A DNA stretch of 64,000 nt from Leucoraja erinacea (taxonomy: Eukaryota): contig NC_073404.1 of the NCBI RefSeq assembly GCF_028641065.1, positions 12,338,001 through 12,402,000 of the forward strand, in the 5' to 3' direction. The notes under the pieces were generated by a model. That model saw nothing but the letters and a program-made list of their open reading frames with translations, was not told the DNA's origin and ran no database searches. The translations under genes and the position numbers were made by a program. Numbering within the stretch: position 1 is the stretch's first letter; each line of letters begins with the position of its first letter. Shown in pieces: positions 27,301-35,900 of the stretch.

Positions 27301-28045
27301 ACTTTTTGTCTGAGATACCAACAGATACAAAAGAGGGATATCATAGAATTAGTGTGAGCAGATGCTTGATGTGGACTCAGTGAGCCAAAGGGCCTGTTTC
27401 CACGCTGTACCTGTACCTATCTATCTTTCAATCTATCAGGTTCCTTACGTCTGCAACCTGTGCTCAATGAGGGTCACAGGGAAACCAAAAGCAAAGGAAG
27501 CCGGCTATCCTCTATGGCCGAGGCAAGGAGAAAACCGCACCAGGGAAAGAAAGCTCCTAACTCTCATCTTCCGCAGCTCAAGGCAGCAGAAACGTCATGG
27601 CCACCGAAATACTTCCTGGTCAGTGGTCAGTGCTGTGACATCGGATACTCAGAGCCAGCCCATACACAACAGGATCCCACGGGCAGCAAAGTAACAACAG
27701 CCAGTGGTCGGAGGATGGAGCAACAAGATCAAACCAAGTCAAAGAGAGACACACTTGCCCGAGAACTGACCCGAACTTTGAGTCAGCTTATACAAATGAG
27801 GCTCCCTCACCGCCCCTCCTACAGCGCGGCGCTCCCTCACCGCCCCTCCCACAGCGCGGCGCTCCCTCACTGCCCCTCCCACAGCGCGGCGCTCCCTCAC
27901 CGCCTCAGGACTGCAGCCGACGCCAGCTCCCGCCTCCACTCATTACCATAATTTATGCGCCCCCCGCGAGCGGGACTCACCGGCCCAGCAGCAAGAGCGC
28001 GAGCGCACCCGCCGCCAACGACACCACGACCAGCACCAGCACCAT
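2337..28045 (-). CDS. BLTP2: Bridge-like lipid transfer protein 2 (KIAA0100)-like, coding exons 1-16; 3' part lies left of the window
   Basis: 16 exons with GT-AG boundaries and matching phases; N-terminal TM anchor; diagnostic segment [50 protein letters not shown]. Confidence 0.93.
5227..5432 (-). CDS. BLTP2: BLTP2-like exon 15
   Basis: tgtgtag|GASIVRMKSL...WSFE|gtgaga; phase 1->0 fits neighbours. Confidence 0.85.
6718..7006 (-). CDS. BLTP2: BLTP2-like exon 14
   Basis: ctccag|GSYSQ...KVDVKLEHITLFFLSSTV G|gtgagt. Confidence 0.9.
7316..7479 (-). CDS. BLTP2: BLTP2-like exon 13
   Basis: ccacag|DTQHLKARS...RAPPPAKTHVWGDVLVVETFNMQ|gtaaga. Confidence 0.92.
7593..7892 (+). mobile_element. HE1/V-SINE-type tRNA-derived SINE
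   Basis: Box B GGTTC, central V-domain (TTTGCACGTTCTCCC...CCCAAAGAC), LINE-like tail ending (CTAAA)n; similar copies near 4840, 8514, 11604, 17241, 42540(-) and 43930. Confidence 0.8.
10334..10452 (-). CDS. BLTP2: BLTP2-like exon 12
   Basis: aaccag|SLPQLKVPII...TPTFALGLGSVTA|gtaaga. Confidence 0.9.
10845..10975 (-). CDS. BLTP2: BLTP2-like exon 11
   Basis: cttcag|[27 protein letters not shown]...|gtttgt. Confidence 0.9.
12209..12276 (-). CDS. BLTP2: BLTP2-like exon 10
   Basis: cctcag|DGLLLSQSRQRIVTLANLSSSLQ|gtgggt. Confidence 0.92.
13870..13982 (-). CDS. BLTP2: BLTP2-like exon 9
   Basis: tcacag|RHLHWSLKSLNFHYK...QLNFK|gttagc. Confidence 0.88.
14715..14835 (-). CDS. BLTP2: BLTP2-like exon 8
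   Basis: ctacag|EDDREE...LPQTVTVQMENMNVTLSLNSQQR|gtacag. Confidence 0.9.
15158..15238 (+). pseudogene. Decayed tRNA-Ser(AGA)
   Basis: GTCGTGGCTGAGTGGTTAAGGCGAAGGACTAGAAATCCATTGGGG...GCAGGTTCAAATCTTGC matches vertebrate tRNA-Ser(AGA), but the acceptor stem (GCCGTCG/CAACAAC) and anticodon stem are mispaired. Confidence 0.8.
16165..16390 (-). CDS. BLTP2: BLTP2-like exon 7
   Basis: cggcag|EDFCLADASLSL...LKTELHEGFF...DVE|gtgaga. Confidence 0.9.
17056..17116 (-). CDS. BLTP2: BLTP2-like exon 6
   Basis: ttacag|SIKCEGSVRKLTSKWIKSSQL|gtgagt; 61 nt, phase 2->0. Confidence 0.85.
18700..18818 (-). CDS. BLTP2: BLTP2-like exon 5
   Basis: ccccag|LLTVHVYSMNVMVLNAGILESLWHV...|gtgcgt. Confidence 0.9.
18986..19139 (-). 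CDS. BLTP2: BLTP2-like exon 4
   Basis: ctacag|HYLGLCVGEVRLQADLQ...MLRLVSQ|gtaagg. Confidence 0.92.
19248..19551 (+). mobile_element. HE1/V-SINE-type SINE, near full length
   Basis: GCCACGGTGGTGCAGCTGGTAGAG head, V-domain, tail ...TCTCTAAACTAAA. Confidence 0.82.
21095..21144 (-). CDS. BLTP2: BLTP2-like exon 3 (50 nt)
   Basis: ttgcag|EVDRIWLSCKLLNHELP|gtaagt. Confidence 0.9.
21200..21351 (+). repeat. About 30-bp degenerate tandem repeat (TGCAGGAGTGTGTTACACAA core) x5
   Basis: Visible repeats in BLTP2 intron 2. Confidence 0.8.
21593..21719 (-). CDS. BLTP2: BLTP2-like exon 2
   Basis: atgcag|RWLLSRIV...LDLKIGSVGFLSLHNISI..TV|gtgagt. Confidence 0.9.
21881..22950 (-). mobile_element. CR1-clade LINE 3' fragment (RT C-terminus and 3'UTR)
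   Basis: WIENWLADRKQR..VTSGVPQGSVLG..KFA(K)[21 protein letters not shown] with frameshifts; (TATTGTC)-type tail. Confidence 0.92.
24120..26300 (+). mobile_element. Degenerate Rex1/Babar-type LINE with nested Penelope and CR1 pieces
   Basis: PKKRKVTCLNDYRLVALT..LQFAY..LFIDY; RT sequence resumes after the nested inserts at about 25040-25445 and 25612-25940. Confidence 0.85.
25040..25445 (-). mobile_element. Penelope-like element 3' end with hammerhead-like core
   Basis: Minus strand encodes SVLGLLHCQSEAQRKLEEQHLIFCLDSLHPSGMNIDFFNFR* (PLE ORF C-terminus), followed by CTGAAGAAGGGTCTCAACCTGAAACATC. Confidence 0.75.
27800..27905 (+). repeat. 30-bp minisatellite (GCTCCCTCACCGCCCCTCCCACAGCGCGGC) x3.5
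   Basis: Direct tandem repeats; related units dispersed at about 3395, 14225, 37080, 37420, 50140 and 63265. Confidence 0.85.
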
Positions 28046-28245
28046 GGTGCCCGCTGCCCGCGGGTCAGGGGTCGCGACCCCCACCCCAGCCGCCGGACGT
28101 GATGTGCCGCGCAACCACCGGAAGCAGGACCAGGGACACAGAGGCGGACACCAGCCTGGTACACAGGGGCGGGGCTTAGCCCAGATCACAGGGGTGGGAC
28201 TTGGCCTAGGACACAGGTACAGGTACACATGGGCGGGGCATATCC
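27950..28245 (-). promoter_or_regulatory. BLTP2 CpG-island promoter with GC boxes
   Basis: CpG-rich; GGGGCGGGGC near 28166, GGGCGGGGC near 28231; CCGGAAG ETS-like site near 28118. Confidence 0.65.
27981..28045 (-). CDS. BLTP2: BLTP2-like exon 1 coding part (TM anchor)
   Basis: Kozak gcaccATGG; MVLVLVVVSLAAGALALLLLGR|gtgagt inside a CpG-rich island. Confidence 0.9.
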
Positions 28246-28474
28246 TGCTATTTATTATTGCCCTATATTTGTTTTATTATTGAGTATGTGTGAATGTGTA
28301 TATATATATATACACACTGGACTTTGTTTTCTCCCGTTGCGTACTATGTTTACATGTTCTGTTATGCTGCCACAAGTAAGAATTTCATTATCCTATCTGG
28401 GACGGACGACAATAAAATCTCTTGACAGCAAATTTCCCTCTTGACTACACAGGGGCGGGGCAGAGCCCGGTATA

Positions 28475-28862
28475 GGGTGATTTCACCAAAGGTCAAATGA
28501 GCGTAGATCCCCCCTCACGTGACCGAAAATTCTGACTGGAGGACATCTCTCAGTTTGGTACATGTAAGTGAATGGGGAAACACGTATAGTCGGGGTGACA
28601 CAGCGACCTAAATGGCAAAACAAAAGATAGAAAGTGGGAAGGTAGAAAGCCGCGGAAATGAACAGCTGACAATCTGGAATTTTAAGAGGGAATTATCGCG
28701 CTCGCTGAATTTCCAGTAAGTTAATAATGCTTGGTACGAGCAAATGGGCGGGCTTCACTGACAGACTGTTTTCCACGGGTGGGAAAGTGCGTGTTTCCCC
28801 ATTCACTTACATGACAGCAAGATGATCCTAGTGAGGGGGGATCTTTTTGGTTGGTGAAATCA
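28475..28862. mobile_element. MITE-like element with long imperfect inverted repeats
   Basis: TGATTTCACCA..GATCCCCCCTCAC..CATGTAAGTGAATGGGGAAACACG (28478-28584) is mirrored by CGTGTTTCCCCATTCACTTACATG..GTGAGGGGGGATC..TGGTGAAATCA (28790-28862). Confidence 0.7.
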
Positions 28863-29389
28863 GGGCCTGGAACGAGGGAGCCAGCTTGGTACACATGGGC
28901 GGGACTGAGACTGTTACAGTTGACAGCCCGAGAGCAGCCAGGAGTCAAGAGGGAAATTAAACTGCAAGAGACTGCCGATGCTAGAAACTTGAGTAAATCA
29001 CAAAAGTCCCTTTCTCTTTGATTCACAGCCAGGCACTGGTGGGTTGTCACTGCGAGGTATACAGCACGGAAACCCACCTTGTTCAAGTTCAAGGGTTCAA
29101 GAGAGTTTATTGTCATGTGTCCCAGTTAGGCCAATGAAATTCTTCAGCACAACAGAATATTGTCCATGCCCCGATCGAGTTGGTTTCAAACTTTGTGAAG
29201 CTGCAGCCTTCCAGGTAGATGGAAAATGTTTCATCACCTAGCTGAGCCATAGAGATGGTGCAAAGATAATGTGACAAATGTTAAGTGCATGGACGAACTC
29301 CATCCAGGCAAGTGGAGTAAGTCCAAACACTCACCATTTCACCTTTGTAGATGGTGGACAGAAGACATAAGGAACTAGATGCTAGAATG

Positions 29390-29725
29390 TTTAAGATGGA
29401 ACTGCAGATGCTGGAAAAATCGAAGGTAGATAAAAATGCTGGAGAAATTCAGCGGCTGAGGCAGGATCCGTGGAGTGAATGAATAGGCGACGTTTGGGGT
29501 TGTGACCCTTCTTCAGACTGATGTGGGGGTAGGGGGCGGGAAGAAGAAAGGAAGATGCGAGGCAGTGAGCTGTGGGAGAGCTGGGAACGGAAGGGGAAAG
29601 AGGGAGAAAGCAAGGACTACCTCAAATTGGAGAAGTCAATGTTCATACCGCTGGGGTGCAGACTACCCCAGCGAAATATGAGGTGTTGCTCCTCCAATTT
29701 ACGGTGAGAGTCACTCTGGCCATAC
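29390..29725 (-). mobile_element. Penelope-like element 3' end
   Basis: Minus strand RKLEEQHLIFRWGSLHPSGMNIDFSNLR* followed by CTGAAGAAGGGTCACAACCCCAAACGTC. Confidence 0.75.
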
Positions 29726-30960
29726 ACAAAGTGCTGGAAGAATTCAGCATCAGGCAGCATCTGTGGAGGGAAGGGGTCAGCAATGTGTCCGGTCAGGACC
29801 CTACTTCAGACCAACAGTATTAAAGGAGGAGAAAAGAGAGGTGTTGGGCAGGACAAATCCTGGCCAGTGATAAGTCAGTACAGGTGAGGGGGGTTGATTG
29901 GCAGAAATGTGGACAAAGGCCAATGAACCTAGAACTTAAAAACTCTTGCTCAATGTCACAAAACCAAGAAACTAATCCCTGTGACTGCGTGGATTTCCTC
30001 CCACCTTCCAAACAGTTGGGCAGGATCATTGGCTACTGTTAAATATCCCCTAGCACAGATCATCTGAGATATTAAAGCCCAGGAATATGGAATTCCCTCC
30101 ATCACCGACCCACCATCAAAAACTAGTACGTAGTCTCCTGACTTCCCCTTTTTGAAGTCAATGATTGCAGCTACATAGATTCTCAGAGCTGCTGCTGTAA
30201 TTACTGCCAAAGATAAAGGAGCTACTTATTGACATCGCAAAACATGCCCCAGTCAATAGCCTAAGCATAAATATCACCAAGAAGTTATTCTGAACCAACC
30301 ATGTTGATGTTCCAACCAAGAAAGCAAACCAGCGCCTCCATTTCCTCAGAGGTCTATGGGATGTCTACATCGACTCATATAAACATCTACAGATGTATCA
30401 TAGAAAGCATCCTATTAGGATAAATTACAGCCTGGTTTTGAAATAGCTCAGCCCAAAACCGCAAGAAATTGCCGAGCTGTAGATGTAACTACACTTCACA
30501 ATTGCTCAGGAACGCAGCCAACAATTCTCACCCCACTAATTCCTCTTTTCCCCATTCCAATAGGGCAGAAGATACAAAAGCTTGAAAGCACGTATCATCA
30601 GACTCTGGAACAGCCTCTTTCCCTCTGTTATCAAACTACTGAATGGTCCTCCTATAAGCTAAGGTGCTGTCAGGAGGCAGAACATAGCTTATTGTGGACA
30701 TTGGACTTTTTTTTTAATCCGCACTTTCACTGAACTATAATGTGTCACACTATATTCTGCACTCTGGTATTTTCTCTTTACCTGCTGTACTTGTGTTTGT
30801 TGTACTCATGTATAGTATGATTGGACTGAATAGCACAAAGCTTGTCCACTGCAACTCAGTACACGTGACAATAATAAACCAATGCCAATACAATACAATA
30901 AACCATAAATCCTTCTGGAAGGTACTTTATTCCACACCACAGCTGGTTGAGCAGGAGTTA

Positions 30961-32611
30961 CAGTGCCCTCCATAATGTTTGGAACAAAGTCCCATCATTT
31001 ATTTATTTGCCTCTGTACTTCATAATTTGAGATTTGTAATAGAAAAAAATCACATGAGGTTAAAGTACACATTTGCAAATGTTATTAAAGGCAATTTTTG
31101 TACATTTTGGTTTCACCATGTAGAAATTACAGCTGTGTTTATACATAGTCGCCCCCATTTCAGAGCACCATAATGTTTGGGACATATGGCTTCACAGGCG
31201 TTTGTAATTGCTCAGGAGTGTTTAATTGCCTCCTTAAAGCAGGAATAAGAGAGCTCTCAGCCAGAGTCTTTGCTCCAGTCTTTTCATTACCTTTGGAAAC
31301 TTTTATTGCTGTTTATCAACATGAGGACCAAAGTTGTGCCAATTAAGGTCAAATAAACCATTATGAGACTGTGAAACAAGAATAAAACTGTTAGAGACAT
31401 CAGCCAAACATTAGGCTTACCAAAATCAACTGTTTCATCATTAAGAAGAAAGAGAGCGCGAGTGAGCTTTCTATTCACAAAGGGACAGGCAGGACAAGGA
31501 AGGCCTCCACAGCTGATAACAAAAGAAAAAACCCAAACACTTGTCCGACAGATCAGAAACACTCTTCAGGAGTCCGGTGTGGATTTGTAACCGCTGTCCG
31601 CAGAAGACTCCATGAACAGAAATACACTGCAAGATGCAAACCACTGGTTAGCCACAAAAATAGTATGTCCAGGTTACAGTTTGCCAAGAAGTACTCAAAA
31701 GAGCAACCACTGGTCTGGAAAAAGGTCTTGCGGACAGATGAGACGAAAATTAGCCTATATCAGAGTGATGGCAAGAGCAAAGTATGGAGGAGAGAAGGAA
31801 CTGCCCAAGATCCAAAGCATACCACCTCATCTGTGAAACACGGTAGTGGGGGTGTTATGACCTGGACATGTATGGCTGCTGAAGGTACTGGCTAACTTAT
31901 CTTCATTGATGATACAACTGCTGATGGTAGTAGCATCATGAATTCTGAAGTGTATAGACACATCCTATCTGCTTAAGTTCAAACAAATGCCTCAAAACTC
32001 ATTGGCTGGCGGTTCATTCTACAGCAAGACAATGATCCCAAACAGGTTACACAAAAATGCTGGAGAAACTCAGCAATGATCCCAAACATACTGCTAAAGC
32101 AACAAAGGAGTTTTTCAAAGCTAAAAAATGATCAATTCTTGATTGGGAAATTCAATCACCTGATCTGAACCCAATTGAGCATGCCTTTTTTGCTGAAGAG
32201 AAAACTGAAGGGGACTAGCCCCCAAAACAATGCTAAATATGGCTGCAATATAGGCCTGGCAGAGCATCACCAGAGAAGACACCCAGCAACTGGTGATGTC
32301 CATGAATCGCAGACTTCAAGCAGTCATTGCATGCAAAGGATATGCAACAAAATACTAAACATGACTACTTTCATTTACATGACATTGTTATGTCCCAAAC
32401 ATTATGGTGCCCTGAAATGGGGGGTCTATGTATAAACACTGCTGTAATTTCAACATGGTGAGACCAAAATGTATAAAAATGAGTTTATTAAAATCTGACA
32501 ATGTGCACTTTAACCACATGTGATTGTTTCAATTACAAATCTCAAATTGTGGAGTACAGAGGCAAATAAATAAATGATGGGTCTTTGTCCCAAACATTAT
32601 GGAGGGCACTG
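30961..32611 (+). mobile_element. Tc1-family DNA transposon, full length, defective transposase
   Basis: TA|CAGTGCCCTCCATAATGTTTGG ... CCAAACATTATGGAGGGCACTG|TA; long TIRs with internal direct repeats; broken ORF with WKKVLRTDETKI, VKHGSGGVM, QQDNDPK, SPDLNPIE. Confidence 0.95.
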
Positions 32612-32678
32612 TATGATTTGGACGGAGCTGAGTTACACGTGAGTGACTCACAGACGAGCGACCGGTAAGTGCGTCCCT

Positions 32679-32903
32679 TCACGCTGCCAGGGGCGTCTCG
32701 GAGTCAGCAAGCGGCTCCCAGTCGAAATCAGGGAAGAGGTGGGGTGGGTGCTGAGACAGGGAGGGTCCATCACCCGCCACCTGACTTGGCTCCAGGGGCA
32801 GCTGCTGCAGGAGCACAGGGTCGAAGGGCAGGCCATGGAAGAAGCAGTGCTCACTGAAAGCGTCGAGGCGGTGCAGGCGGCGCTGGGGGTCGGCACACAG
32901 CAG
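32679..32903 (-). CDS. RSKR: RSKR-like exon 12 (terminal)
   Basis: caccag|[10 protein letters not shown]...[14 protein letters not shown]...[18 protein letters not shown]. Confidence 0.9.
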   Translation of the reverse strand: MLCADPQRRLHRLDAFSEHCFFHGLPFDPVLLQQLPLEPSQVAGDGPSLSQHPPHLFPDFDWEPLADSETPLAA

Positions 32904-35900
32904 CTGGTGGGGAGAACGGGCTGGTGAGGGTGGTGAACACAGTCAGACCCCTCCCCGCCTCCTAAACCTCAATCAGTCCCCCAAACCCCAGCCACCCCTG
33001 CCCCGCTTCCACAACGCCCCCAAAACCCCAACCCTTCCCCCCCCCTCCCTGACCACCAACCACCCCCCCGCACCCCAAACTCCTCCTTCTCCCTGAACCT
33101 TCGCCCCAATCCCCAACCCTCCCCCCCAAATCCCAACCCCTCCCCGAACCTCCAACCACTCACCGCCCTGCACCCAACCTCCCCCTCCCCTCCCTGAACC
33201 CCTAACTATACCCCACCACTCTCCCCAACCACTCCTGAATCCCCAACACTCGCCAACCCCTTCCCCCGCTCCCCAATCCCTCCCTTGCCTCTCCCGTCCA
33301 TTACCTCACCCCCGTCTCATTCCCCAACCCCTCCCTGAACTCCTTCCTGGCCTCCCCCTCCCTCCCTGAAGCCCCCAACCATTCCCACCACACCCCTTCC
33401 CTGAGCCTCCCTGCTGCCACCAAGCCTTCTCCGCTCTGCCAACACCTTCCCTGAATCCCCAAACCCTCCCCACCTCACCCTCTCGTCCAACTCCTCCTCC
33501 CTATCCTTCCCCGTTCTCGCAAATCCCTCTCCCCCGCCCCTTCTCCTTTCTCCCTCAATCCCCCACCATCTCACCCAGGTTCTCACCCTCCACACCTCCC
33601 AGAGTTCTTGCCCGATCCCATCTTCTCCCCCAACCCTTCCTCTCACCGCCCCCAATCCCTATCTGCTTTTCCTACTCTCACCACCCTCCCACCCACATGC
33701 GAAAGGAGCATGGAGAGGGTGCAGTGAGCAGCGGGGAGGGGTAGGGAGGGGTACCTCTGCAAGGAGAAAGTCGAGGCTCCGACTGACGGGGGCCGGCGGA
33801 GGGAGGTGGGCTCGTTGCACGCTGGCCAGCATCGCGGCATGGTCATCCTGAGGCTCCACAGGAAACTGGGAGAGGGAGGGTTGGGGAGTGAGGGAAGGGG
33901 AGAGGGAGAGGGGTAGGGGGGGGGGACTCAGAAAGAGGTTGGAGAGAGATGGGGTCAGAAAGAGGTGGGAGATAGATGGGGAGAGAGAGAGGTGGGAGAG
34001 AGAGAGTGAGAGAGACAGAAGTGGGGGAAGGATGAGGGAGCGGTGGGGGGGGGGGGGGGAGGAGAGGAGGGATGTAGGGGGAGAGAAAGAGAGGGAGGTG
34101 GGGGGAAGAGAGGGAGGGGAAGAGAGAAACATGAAGAGCAGACCCCTCATTAGAAGCAGTAACGGAACCATTTGCCAGCCTGCTCTTGCTGCCCCTGCCT
34201 TCGGCTGGGAAGAGAGCCTGCTGTTCCTAAACCTTTAACATTCCAGGTGGGATCGATGGGAGAGTGGTGGTCGGGATGGAGGGGTCCGATTGAGGGAGGG
34301 TTTCGATCAGCCGGGGGAGTGAGGAAGAGGGCGACTGGATCAATTGGCCTGGACGAGGGAATGGTTAAATAGGGAGGGAGGGGGTCAAGCGGGGGGATGT
34401 GGTTGATCAGACGGGGTGGGGGTGTGGACAGGACAGATTCTAGTGCTCCGTTTACCGAGCACACCCCAGCGAAAGCAAGCGTGACAAGTCAGGACGCTTG
34501 CTGCGGCCTTTTCCCCAAATTCCCTTCCCCAGCGGGGGAGGGGGGGGGGGCGGGGGGGGGAGATCAATGTGGACATCAGGTTGGTGGGATGTGAGGAAGG
34601 AGAGAACGTGAGAGTGCGGAGTGAAGAAGTGATTCCAAAAGCCAGGCGGTCTATGGTGGGATGTTCCACAAGATTGGAATAGGGGCAAAACAAAGGTTGG
34701 GGTAACCGGAGCAGAAACAGGAGACAGTCTTCCTCAACTTCCCACCCACCCTGGCAGTGGTGGACTAGGTCTAAATATATTGGTTGCCAGGAGATAAAGA
34801 GGGCCCCACTTCATAAGGGGTCCACTTGATATAGGGGCCCACTTCATCAGGGATCCACGCCATTGGGCAAGCTGACATCCTGGTCAGTCCGCTACTGCAC
34901 CCTGGGTATTACACCAGATCGCTGGCACATTCTCCTCCCCACCGCCATTACCTTGCCAGCAATCAGAATGTAGAGCAGGATTCCAAGGGACCACCAGTCA
35001 GCTGAGTGATTGTAGGGGCTGCCCCTCAACACCTCAGGAGCTGTGAACACAATCGGGTCAAACATGAGCAGCAGAAGCTGGAGCTCAGAGGCGGTGATAA
35101 CATCGCTCCTATCCGCATGGATCCCCACACTCCTAGTCACCGCATCGCTCCCCAAAACCTCCACCCAACACAGTCCCTGATCTTCAGCTCGGCACAGCAT
35201 GCCTTGCCCACACCCTTGGCTCACCCATGTAGCCAATAGTTCCACAGATGGTGCTCGCTCTCTCTCCTCGCCACAGTCTGCGGGACAATCCAAAATCCGT
35301 CAATATCAGGTGGCCTGAGAGTGGGGGAATGAAAGAGAAAAAGTGAGAGCGCAGGAGCGAGAGAGAAAACAAACAAAAGCACAAAGATAGATGAGTGAGA
35401 TAGAGGATGAGGGAGTGAGGAAAGAGAGAGAGAGAGAGAGAGAGAATGTAAGCATGCAGGTACAGCAGGCAGTGATGAAAGCGAATGGCATGTTGGCCTT
35501 CATAACAAGAGGAATTGAGTATAGGAGCAAAGAGGTAGTTCTGCAGTTGTACAGGGCCCTAGTGAGACCACTCCTGGAGTATTGTGTGCAGTTTTGATCC
35601 CCTAATTTGAGGAAGGACATTTTTGCTATTGAGGGAGTGCAGCGTAGGTTTACAAAGGTAAATCCCGGGATGGCGGGACTGTCGTATGCTGAGAGAATGG
35701 AGCGACTGTGCTTTTTCACAGCATATGACAGTCTCATCTTTCTAAACTACTCTGGAGTTTAGAAAGATGAGAGAGGATCTTATTGAAACATGAAAGTTTA
35801 TTAAGGGTTTATACACGATAGAGGCCGAAAACATGTTCCCGATGTTGGGGGAGTCCAGAAACAGGGGCCACAGTTTAAGAATAAGTGGTAAGCCATCTAG

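Noticed and set aside
27460-27951. 163-aa plus-strand ORF antisense to BLTP2 intron 1
   Set aside because: No recognisable domain; its end is made of the 30-bp minisatellite
31321-32360. Active Tc1 transposase (also 50948-51950)
   Set aside because: Multiple stops and frameshifts in both copies
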